From the NCBI RefSeq assembly GCF_028641065.1, contig NC_073406.1, positions 13,888,001 to 13,952,000 on the forward strand: a DNA stretch of 64,000 nucleotides, written 5' to 3'. Shown one piece after another: positions 12,749-23,467 of the stretch. The position numbers and the translations under genes were made by a program. This DNA comes from Leucoraja erinacea (lineage: Eukaryota). Under the pieces are notes generated by a model, which was given only the letters and a program-made list of their open reading frames with translations, had not been told where the DNA came from and did no database searches. Position 1 is the first letter of the stretch. Each line of letters starts with the position of its first letter.

Positions 12749-14450
12749 TTGCAATATGTCCGTTCCAGGCACCTTATCTTCTCAAGGCCGTACTGCCTTA
12801 GCCATGAAGTTACCTTCAACTCTGCTCCCACCAGATGTCAATGACGTGACTGTTTTCACTGCGCTTCTTTGTTCTCCTGGCTCCAGCATTTTGCCCTGTC
12901 TGTCTCTAGCTAGTAACATCCTCCCAAAGCCTGTCGGGATACTTGACATCCAGTCCCAGGCTATATCACAAAAGCATAACAAACCAGCTACTGATTGCTG
13001 CTCTTCAGTCCACTCTCAATCATCAGCACCGATGGAACATGGTGTTGAGCAAAACTCACCCGCCAAGCTGCCAACTCAGGCTCTGTTTGACTTGCATTAA
13101 AATTAGCTGAATTGTGTCTTCACAACCCAGACTCACAGATGGACAAAAGAATGGTGCATAGAAATTAGATTTCATAGTCCTGGACAGACCTCATTTTGGG
13201 TCAGAACCCTTCTTTAGACTCAAGAAGACTCCAAGTGAAACATTGTGCAGTCCATTTTCCTCCACAGATGTTGCCTGAGTAGTTGAGGTCCTCCAGCAGT
13301 CTGTTTTATTGCTCAGGTTAAGAATAAGGGGTAGGCCATTTACTACTGAGATGAGGGGGCCCCCTGTGGGGGCAGAGAGATAGAATCCTCTGCACACAAT
13401 GATGGCTCCTGCAATGAACCATGCTGTCCTGACCCCAGTTATGTCTGCCGGGAAGAAACAGATCTGCGGTTCCGCCCTCCAGTGATTTACCGGGACAGAT
13501 TCTGTGTGCTGCTTCCAACTGAGTAGTTTGGCGATGCCAGGCATCTTTTCCTGTGGTATTTGCTCCTCTGACGACCAGGAATACAAGAGGATGCATCAGA
13601 ATGAAAGAGTCCCCTCCGGGGCAGCCATGGGAACTGGGCCTTCTAGTGACTGACCGTGAACAACAGTCAGAATATGAATGAAAGTCAGACCATACGTATG
13701 GGACGTGTGGTAATGTTGATTGATGAATCATGATTACACCAGAACCCCACTCTTTAAAATAATGTAATTGTACCTCTTGCATTCATATGAGAGGCAGAGA
13801 GCGCTTTTGTATCTAAAAGACAGCACTTCTGACAGAACAGTACTTACTCAATGTGCTCAAGTGGCTGTATTAAAATTTCAATTCACTGCCTTCTGACCAG
13901 GATACTTTCTTTCTACAGAGCAGCAGGTCACATCTAGCTTAATGCACTTTCTAGTTACTCTTACAATAAGGTTAGGCGGCCTATTAATTTGTGCAATAAT
14001 TCCAGTTGGGGTTGCCAAAGTATTTCATCTATTTGAAGGTTGTCCAATTTCTCAAACAATGCATTTGCTTTGATATGGTGAGGTTGATGTGAATTTAATT
14101 TGCCAGTGGGCAAATGCCTGGGTAAATACTTGCTCATAATTTAGAAGCTTCTCCCAGAAATATGTTTGCCACTGTAACTTTGCTGAAGGAATTGCAAGAA
14201 TCAACATTTGAAAAACAAACTTGAAAATAATGAAAACACATTTTATGTATCTGAGCTGTCAAAGAATACCTAGAGTGACACACCTAGTAGAGCTACTGCT
14301 TCACAGTTCCAGAGACCCAGGTTTACGTTGAGTTCGGGTGCTGACTATGTGAAGTTTGCATGTTCTCCCTGTGACTTCATAGGTTTCTTCACAAGGGTGC
14401 TCTGGATTCCTCCGACATCACAAAGATGCAAGGGTTGGTAGGTTAATTGG

Positions 14451-14785
14451 AAACATAGAAAATAGGTGCAGGAGTAGGCCATTCGGCCCTTCGAGCAAAC
14501 ACCGCCATTCAATATGATCATGGTTGATCATTCAAAATCAGTACCCCGTTCCTGCTTTCTACACATCACCCCTGATTCTATTAGCCTTAAGAGCCATATC
14601 TACCTCTCTCTTGAATACATCCAGTGAATTGGCCTCCACTGCAGAGATTTCCACATATTCACAACTCTCTGGGTGAAAATGTTTTTTCTCATCTCAGTCC
14701 TAAATGGCCTACCCTTTATTCTTAAACAATGACCGTGGGTTCTGGACCCCCACATCGGGAACATTTTTCCTGCATCTAGCGTTGA
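14451..14785 (-). mobile_element. CR1 LINE 3' fragment nested in a + strand HE1-like SINE (~14275-14930)
   Basis: LDAGKMFP..SRTHGHCLRIKGRPFRTEMRKNIFTQRVVNMW; aaacatagaaa tail. Confidence 0.8.
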
Positions 14786-15252
14786 CCACTGTACATTGCA
14801 TAGTAGAATCTGGAGCAATTAGTAGGAAAAAGGGACAAATAAAGAATTAGTATAGGATTAGTGTGAATGGGTACTTGATAGTCAGTATGGCCTCATTGGG
14901 GCGAGGAGTCTTTTTCCATGCTGTATGTCTCTGGTGTGCACTCCTATGCTTAGAGCAGTGGTCTGTCAAAATGTATTGTGATTATTTTGTTGCACAACAT
15001 TAAAATCCACCACATCCTTGTCCTACGTGTATCAGAGTTCCTTTGTAAAGTTTATCACCATTGTGCCTAAATATTACATTTGCTTGTTCCAGTTGTTACT
15101 TTCTCCTGCATTCTTTTCTGAATAATTTAACTGTCAGAGAGAAAATGTGGAGTTCAGTGCAGATTGCAACATCTGACTGTCAAGTAATTTCCTCCTACTT
15201 CAATGATTATGAAATTTAAGGTAAAATATTTACATAATAATGTCTTTTTGAA

Positions 15253-15293
15253 CACCACCCATTTCCAGCTATTGGTTGCCTGAATATATAAAA
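15253..15293 (+). promoter_or_regulatory. Candidate core promoter: CACC(A)CCC box, reverse CCAAT (ATTGG) and TATA box
   Basis: caccaccc at 15253-15260, attgg at 15271-15275 and tatataaaa at 15285-15293, about 75 bp upstream of a strong donor CAG|gtaagg at 15366/15367. Confidence 0.5.
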
Positions 15294-15314
15294 CAGGTAA
15301 CAGGGTGCTGATAG

Positions 15315-15366
15315 ATGTCACACAGTGATGCTGTCATGTTATCCTGCCCATAGCTGACTCCCACAG
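15315..15366 (+). other. Probable non-coding exon 1 (5' UTR) of the poly-CysD gene
   Basis: Lies ~25-30 nt downstream of the TATA box and ends in the consensus donor ccacag|gtaagg. The start is estimated and the link to exon 2 is an inference. Confidence 0.45.
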
Positions 15367-16479
15367 GTAAGGTCTTAAACATTATTTTTCAATAAGAAAC
15401 AGGAGTTGTTGACCAAGCCCCATAAAGTAAGATGGGAGTGAATAGGGAAGATAGGGTAAGAGGAGAAACAATGTTGTCAAGCTTGGTGTTTAAGAGTATC
15501 CTAATTGCAAAATGTTCTTTCATTCTTCCCTTTCTTCTAACTCAGTAACTTAGGATGGAAGATAATTTGCTTTTTCTCCAACTACCTATGCAGGGTGAGG
15601 CCAATGTGGAAAGGAAGCACAGATTTGTTCATAAATGAGGCGGATGGGTTGGTTGTTTGTGAGGTGATCTACTCCTTTCACTCCTCATGTCGGGTGTCTG
15701 TATTCTCCATTTATTAAATATTAAAGAATAAAGAGATGCATGGAGACTATATGTAGGAATTTACGGGCTGCCAGATGGAGGTTCTTATTTTCTCTAACTT
15801 TTTTTGTCAGCAGTTATTGCTCATCCTAATTACTCTTGTAAAAGTGTTGGTGAGCCGCCACCTTGAATCAGTGCAGACCTCCCAGTGATGGTGCTCCCAC
15901 AGTCTTGTGGGCGGGAGGGAGTTCCAGGAGTTAAACCCAGGAAATTCCGGGAATTAGCAACCAGTATTAAATGCCTGAATGATGTAACGTTGGGAACATT
16001 TTAGGAGAGAGGTGGTTCATTCTTCAGGTTGAAAGGAAGAGGTCTTTCACAGAATGCAAATGAACATTTTGGTTTTTTTTAATCCCACCTCAGCATAAGC
16101 ATCTCATGCTGGATATTCGAGGCAGAGCCAAGATTAAAACTAATTCGAATTTTGTAGTTACAACTAATGTTATAAAAACTGAAAACACCACATTTAAGAA
16201 ATTTCGATCCTACTTGCAGCTTGAGCTTATTATGGGGGTTACGTGTTTGAAAAGCAGCGTGTACATCAAAAAGCGCAAAAATCAAACGTTTACCAGGCAT
16301 CGCACACAGCTACTTTGCCAGGCATAAATTTAAGTGTGTTATTCCGAAAGTAGAAATACATAAATTAAACTTTGGTAGTAATTAGACAGGCATTATTCTA
16401 TGAATGCGTAAATCATGCATAAGTAAAATGCAAGGTGCCTGTATTTGGAAAGAGCCACTAACGTCACGATCTTATATTA

Positions 16480-18610
16480 TGATGTTTACAAGCAGCATTA
16501 TTGGGTTTGCTGGTATCTCTATTGCAAGCACTTGGCAAGGTCCCACATGGTAAGCTTGTCCAGGATGTTACGTCACATGGGATCCAAGGCGGTTGTTGAT
16601 AAGAGACAGAAGGTTGTGGTGAAAGGATGTTTTTACTGATTTGAAGTATGTGACTAGTGGTATACAACAGGGAATGGTTTCAAGGTTTCAGGATCAATTT
16701 ATTGTCACATGTACCAATTAAGGTACAGTGAAATTCGAATTACCATACAGCCATACTTTAAAAAAAAAGCAACAAGACACATAAAAATCAACATAAATAT
16801 TCACCACAGTGGCTGTCCCACATTCCTCACTGTGACGGAAGGCAATAAAGTCCAATCTTCTTCCTCTTTTATTCTCCCGTGGTCGAGGCAGTCAAACCAT
16901 CTGCAATCAAAGCTCCAGTTTTGGGGCGGTCAAAGCTCCTGCGGCTTGGAGTTCCCGAAGTCGGTCTCTAACCAGAGACCGCAAACTCCGCGATGTTGAA
17001 GTCCGTAGACACCCATGGTTGGAGCCCCAAAGATGATTCCCGTTGGGGATTGCGGGCTCCCGCGGTGGAGCTCTCGAAGACTGTCTCTAGCAAAGGCCGC
17101 CAACTCGTCGATGTTAGGCCACAATGCGAACAGAGATACGATACGGAAAAAAATCGCATCTCCGTCAATGTAAGAGATTGGAAATAGTTTCCCCCAACTC
17201 CCCCCCTAGCCCCCCACATAAAACAAGCTAAAGATCACAAAACAACATACATTTAACACATACTATCAAACAACAAGGAAGGAAGGGGCAGCCATTGCTG
17301 GCGCCACCCGATGGTGCAGACCTTTCATGTTTGTGATATATATTAAAGAGTTGGGTACTAATATTGGAGATATGAATAATACGTTTGCAGATGACATGAA
17401 AATTATTGGTGCGGTAGATCTTGACAAATGTAGGGTGATGCATTTTTAGGAAATCAAATAAGGTTCGAACAAACAGTAGGGCACTGAGAAATGTTGATAA
17501 ACAGAAAAAAACCTAGGAGTCCAAGGCCATAGTGCCGTGAAAGTGGAACACAGATCTTCTTCTTGCATATGATGTGCACAGCCCAAAGTTGTCGGACAAC
17601 TCATTCTATTTGATCTTATTTGATTGTGTACACCAGGTTGATTGCATTCATTGAAACAGGGCGGCCCACGTTAAGGTTGCAATCTCCCACCCCTGAAACA
17701 CAGATGAAGATGGCATATGACATTTTTTACTTCATAGATTAGGACACAGAATGTAAGAGTTGCAATGTTGCAACTTTAATAAACTCTGGTTCGGCTGCAC
17801 TTAAAGGTATCGTGAACATTTCTGGTCACCACAACTATATGAAGGATATGATTGCACTGAAGCGAGTGCAGACAAGATTCACCTGAATGTTGCTTGGATT
17901 GGATGTCTTTAGTTATGGGGAGGGTTCGGAAAGGCTGGGCTTGTTATCCCTGGAGCGATGGAGGCTGAGGAATGTCTTGATAGAAGTATATAAAATAATG
18001 AATGATGTAGATTAGGTAGATAGTCAGAATATTTTCCCATGGTAGGGATATCAAAAGCAAGCTTTCATCAGAGGGTGGTGAATCTGTGGAATTCTTTGCC
18101 ACAAAGGGCTGTGGAGGCCAAGTCAATGGATATTGTTCAGGAAGAGATAAAACGATCCTTGATTAGTACAGGTGTAAGGGATTATAGGGAGAAGGCAGGA
18201 TTATGGGGAGAAGGCAGGAGAATGGGGTTAGAAGGGAGAGATAGATTAGCCATGATTGAACGGGGGAGTAGACTTGATGGGCCGAATAGCCTGGTTCTGC
18301 TCCTATCACTAATGGCCTTATGACTTAAGTAACAAAGATTTAAGGTGAAAGGAAGAAGTTTTAAAGGGATTTGAGGGGTAGGTTTTTTAAACGGGGATTG
18401 GTTGATATCTGGAACTCCCTGCCAGAGGAGGTGGCAAAATCAGATACAATCATTGCATTTAAGAGGCATTCACCTGAATGTTGCTTGGATTGGAGTAATG
18501 CTTTGAAGGATACGATCCTAATGCAGGCAAATGGGATTAATGTACATGGGCAAAAAGGTAAACATTTATATATGGTGGGCAAAAGGCCCATTTCTGTGCT
18601 GTACAACTAT
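16480..18610 (+). mobile_element. Old fragmented CR1 LINE with nested insertions (~16680-17320, 17555-17693, ~18062-18325)
   Basis: Decayed RQKVVVKG, FADD-like (tttgcagatgac), [11 protein letters not shown] and VDIWNSLPEEV motifs in collinear order. Confidence 0.75.
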
Positions 18611-20802
18611 GACTATTGTACAGTATCCAGCAGTAAGCCTCACAACTGCAGAAACGGCATTTCGTTTGGACCTCCAGGGGTCCAAATGACAATTAAATTG
18701 ACTCTTGACTCTTGACTCTTGAGCTAACCTTTCAAAATACAACTACACAACACAAGAGGCACAGTTCCCGCCATTGGACAATGTTACTTCCTCAAGAAAG
18801 AATGTGCAACCATTGAGCAGGTATTCTGCTTGTAGGGGCTTGGAGAGGGACATAGATAGACGCAATGAGTGGGTTACTGTGCAAAAGAATCACATGTCCA
18901 TAGTAGCTATGATACCAATCACTTATACTCACATGTATCTCAGACGTGTAATTGCAGTTGCAATAATCAGATGTCAGTTGAACTCCCTTTAGGATTATTT
19001 TCTTCTCTTGTTCTGCATTTAAATCACTTCAGATTATATTTCGCTCAGTTCAATGGTATACACTTCATTTGTAAAACACGACCAGGAGTTGATTGCAGAT
19101 ACGTCCTGTTCTGCCACATTAATTATTTTACTAAAGCCAGCAATGCCCTGCAAACTATTGAGGTAAACATGTCTAAGATCAATAAATCCATCAGATGAAC
19201 AATGCCATGTTTCTGGTTAATGTTTGCCACGCACAGAGAAGTAAAAAGAAAGAAAATATAAATAAGCTGAGCCAATATCACAGATGGCCAACTGGTACAG
19301 ACTGAGAAGTCAAGTTGAAGGAAGGAACTGCAGATGCTGGTTTATACCGAAGATAGACACAAAATGCTGGAGTAACTCAGTGGGACAGGCAGCATCTCTG
19401 GATAGAAGAAATGGGCAATGTTTCAGGTTGTGACCCTTCTTCTGACAGGAAGCTTGTGTAAAACAATTAGAACTAGTATCAGTGGAGACACAAGGAACTG
19501 CAGATGCTGGAATCTTGAGAAAAATATCAAACTGCTGGAGGAATTCAGTGGGTGAGGCAACATCTGTGGAGGCATATGGACAGACAATATTTCGTGTTGG
19601 AACTTGTTTTCAAGGTTGATTCATTCAGTCTCAACCCTGAATGGCATCTGCCTATTTCCCTCCACAGTTGTTGCCTGACCTGTTAAGTTGCTCTCAAACT
19701 AGTGTCAGTTCCTGGTTTCCTCTCACTGGCACTTATGTAAAAAATTCTGTACTCAGTCCTTAGTGTAATCAAAGCAATTTGTCATTTCCAGAACTACAAC
19801 CTAGAGAAGTCAAGTTACCTGTTGTTGTAAAATATTGACTCCAGAAGGCTGCACATGCCCAGACTGAAAATAAGGTTGTGTGAGCAGCATACGTCCTGGC
19901 AAGTGGAGAGTATTCATTATACTCCTCATATCATCTGCAGATATTGAAAGGCCTTAGGCTGTTATGTAGGCATTTCACCTCAGGATATCCTGCTGCTGGC
20001 CTGCTCTCAGACTAATGCAGATATTCCCCCACTTACGTAAGGGTTATGTTCTGTGAACCCTTGCATAAGTCAGATTTTATGCATGTCATAAGGTCATAAG
20101 TAATAGGAGCAGAACTAGGCCACCAGAAGAATTTTTCTTCTGAAGAAGGGTCTCGACCCGAAACGTAGTCTATTCCTTCTCTCCATAGATGCTGCCTCAC
20201 CCGCTGAGTTCCTCATGGCTCCTTTGATGCTATTTATTGCAGTGGTTGAGCTGAACATTCTGAATAAAATAATTTCATACCTATAAAATGATATAAGAGT
20301 CATAGACTTGTACATCATGGGATCTGTTCTTTCTGCCCACCTTGTCCAAATTGGAATATTAATCATTTGCCTACAATTGGCCTATAACTTTCCAAACCCT
20401 TTGTATCCATATATCTGCCCATATCTATATTACTAAAAGTCTAATCTTGACCGCTTTTTGGCTCGCTGTGCTGTGATTTCCGAGAGAACGCTGCCACCTA
20501 CGGCCGTCATTTTTGGCAATTTCGCTCAGAGCCCCCCTCCGCCTTCCGGGACCAGAGGATTTTTCCCATCGATAAAAAATCAGAGAGAGATTAATGTTTT
20601 TTTTTAATTGCCATTCTCTTTACTGCCCCTGCTGGTGGGAGGGGGGAGGGACTATAAAACCCGGAAGTGGTGTGCCTCACTCAGTCTCTGCAAGATTGAG
20701 GAAGCCAGAGGGTCACGTCTTTCTGAGCTCTGAATAACACTGAACACATGTCTACTCAACTGTGAGTCCCCTTAATGTGGTTTGAAAATGAAAATATGGT
20801 TG

Positions 20803-21182
20803 GTTTGAAGTAAAAAGGCACTGCCTGCAAATGGTGGTTTGGGTGCTTTGGGTTGAAGTAAAAAGGCACTACTGCAAATGGTGGTTTGGGTGCTTTGGGT
20901 TGAAGTTAAAAGGCACTACTGCAAATGGTGGTTTGGGTGCTTTGGCTTGAAGTTAAAAGGCACTACTGCAAATGGTGGTTTGGGTGCTTTGGCTTGAAGT
21001 TAAAAGGCGCTACTGCAAATGGTGGTTTGGGTGCTTTGGCTTGAATTTAAAAGGCACTACTGCAAATGGTGGTTTGTGTGTTTTGGCTTGAAGCTAAAAG
21101 GCTGTACGGCAAATGGTGGTTTGGGTGATTTGGCTTGAAGCTAAAAGGCACTACTGCAAATGGTGGTTTGGGTGGTTTGGGT
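20803..21182. repeat. 47-bp minisatellite (~8 copies) inside the Helitron
   Basis: Unit ttgaagttaaaaggcactactgcaaatggtggtttgggtgctttggc. Confidence 0.9.
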
Positions 21183-21551
21183 AACTTCCTGTTTGCAATG
21201 TATATAGATTTTAGATAAAACGCTACCACTTATGGGTGTGATTTTTGGACATCTTACTCAGCTCCCTCCACTCAGCAGGCGCAGAGGATTCTTCCCATCA
21301 ATGAAAAATAAAAGTGTTATTAGTGTTTAAAATCTTTTGAGAATCTCTCTCCTGTCAATCACGCCATGAAGGCCACACCTTTTCCAGTGGGAGGGGGAGC
21401 GGTTATAAAACCCGGAAGTGTGGATGTGGCTCAGTCTCTGCATGATGGGGGAGGGAGAGGTCACGACTGTCTGAGTTGTGAATCAACTGAACACATTGAA
21501 TGTCTACTGAACTGTGAGTTTAGAGTTTTGTGTGGTTTTATGGTGGTTTCA

Positions 21552-21885
21552 CCCTGCTTGAAATGGTATGAAACTGCATTTGAATGTGGTGGCCTTGAAC
21601 CCTGCATGGTATGAAACTGCGAATGTGGTGGCGCCCTGCATGAAATGGTATGAAGCTGCATTTGAATTTGGTGGCCTTGCACCCTGCTTGAAATGGTATT
21701 AAACTGCTCTTGAATTTTGGTGGCCTTGATCCCTGCTTGAAGTGGAATGAAACTGCACTTGAATTTGGCGGCCTTGCACCCTGCTGAAAGTGGTATGAAA
21801 CTGCACTTGAATTTGGTGGCCTTGCACCCTGCTTGAAATGGTAGGAAAATGGATTTGAATTTGGTGGCCTTGCTCCCTGCTTGGA
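21552..21885. repeat. ~48-bp minisatellite (~7 copies) inside the Helitron
   Basis: Unit ccctgcttgaaatggtatgaaactgcacttgaatttggtggccttgca. Confidence 0.9.
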
Positions 21886-22704
21886 ATTTCAAGGAATAGC
21901 CATGCGTCAACTGCCAGTCCACCAGCCGTGAGTGAGCTGCCAGCACATCAGGCTTGTGGGACTGAGCTGCCACCACAAAAACCCATACCCGCCCTCCAGA
22001 AAGCCCCCCCACTGACCACCAATATTGGAATTGGTGGAGAGGTGGAATATTGCGTCGGGGGACCAGCCCTCCTGTGTGAACATGGGACCCAACGGGTCCC
22101 ACTTAGTCTAGTATCTTTTAAAAGTCATAATTATATATCTTCTATTGCTTTCTTTGGCACGATATTATAGATACAGACTTCCCTTTGAATGAAAAAGTTG
22201 CCCCTGAGATTGCTCTTAAATCTCTCCCTTTATCTGAAGCCTTTGTCCTCTAGGTTTAGTATCCTCAACCCTGGGAAAAAGATTGTGAGCATTCACATTA
22301 TCCATGCCCCTCATGGTCTTCTACATCTCAATCAGCCTCTTACATTCCAAAGAAAAAAGTCCCAGCCTATCCAACCTTTCCCTATAACTTAAGCCTGGAA
22401 GTCCAGGTAACATTCTGGTGCATCTCATCTGCACCCTTTCCAACTTACTTGCTATAAAATGATGACAGCCGACGTGGTTCATTGATTTTATTGCTGTGTA
22501 TCTGAGGAAACAACTTTGGACAAATACATAGATAGGGAAAGTTTAGAGGGATATGGGCCAGGTTCAGGCATACAAGACAAGCTCAGATAGACACCTTGGT
22601 CCACATGGACAGGTTGGGCCTGTTTCCATGCGGTACAACTCTACGACTCCAAAAGAGTTTTGCCAGAGAAGTGCACTATCAAATATCTGAGCTGAATGCA
22701 ATAA

Positions 22705-23005
22705 AAACATAGAACATAGACAATAGGTGCAGGAGTAGACCATTCGGCCCTTCGAACCTGCACCGCCATTCAATATGATCATGGCTGATCATCCAACTCA
22801 GTATCCTGTACCTGCCTTCTCTACATACCCCCTGATCCCTTTAGCCACAAGGGCCACATCTAACTCCCTCTTAAATATAGCCAATGAACTGGCCTCAACT
22901 ACCTTCTGTGGCAGAGAATTCCACAGATTCACCACTGTGTGAAAAATGTTTTCCTCATCTCGGTCTTAAAAGATTTCCCCCTTATCCTTAAACTGTGACC
23001 CCTTG
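22705..23005 (-). mobile_element. Young CR1 LINE 3' fragment
   Basis: Near-identical to the 3' part of 39648-40740; (aacatag)n tail. Confidence 0.85.
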
Positions 23006-23449
23006 TAGTGAGTAATAAGTAAGAACTCCTCAGAACCTGAGTGTACAAAATGCTTGGTGAAGTTGGGTTTCGAATAGTAGGTCCAAGTAATCATATCCAC
23101 GTGATGGCTCCTATTGACCCAGGAGATGGTGCAGAGGGAAGCAGGTACAATCAGATACAGTTTAAAACCTACCTGTTATTATTAGAGGCTGATCAAAAGT
23201 GCTTCATTCTATTGAGAAATTGCACAGAATTGTTTTTGCAGATATTCGAGGTTTAAGGAAAACATTTCACTGTGGGGAAATATGATGCATAGGCTTATTA
23301 TTGGCCAGCAGGAACTGTATTAAAATATTGCATATTGCTATTACCACAGGTTACACATTTTATGTAGATATTTTTCTTAATGCATTTTGTGGTTTGTTTG
23401 CATTTCTTGGGTCATAATTGTAAGTTTTCTTTTCCAGAATTTGAACAGA

Positions 23450-23467
23450 ATGGTTAAAGCATTTTTG
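23450..23467 (+). CDS. First coding exon (exon 23438-23467): ATG at 23450, MVKAFL
   Basis: Acceptor ttttcttttccag ends at 23437; agaATGG is a good Kozak context; phase-0 donor TTG|gtaagt. Confidence 0.75.

Larger units (their letters stand above)
20424..22111 (+). mobile_element. Non-autonomous Helitron in intron 1
   Basis: 5' a|TCtatattactaaaa; 3' hairpin tgggaccc-aac-gggtccca (22083-22101), then ...CTAG|t. Inserted at A|T with no TSD. Confidence 0.85.

Noticed and set aside
13191-13782. 131-aa and 154-aa minus-strand ORFs
   Set aside because: No recognisable motif or exon boundaries. Possibly an old repeat; a BLASTX search would be needed.
20803-21885. Regularly spaced repeats that could be mistaken for a CRISPR array, and the 213-aa repetitive ORF at 21461-22102
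   Set aside because: Head-to-tail minisatellites without unique spacers, in eukaryotic DNA inside a Helitron; no cas genes.
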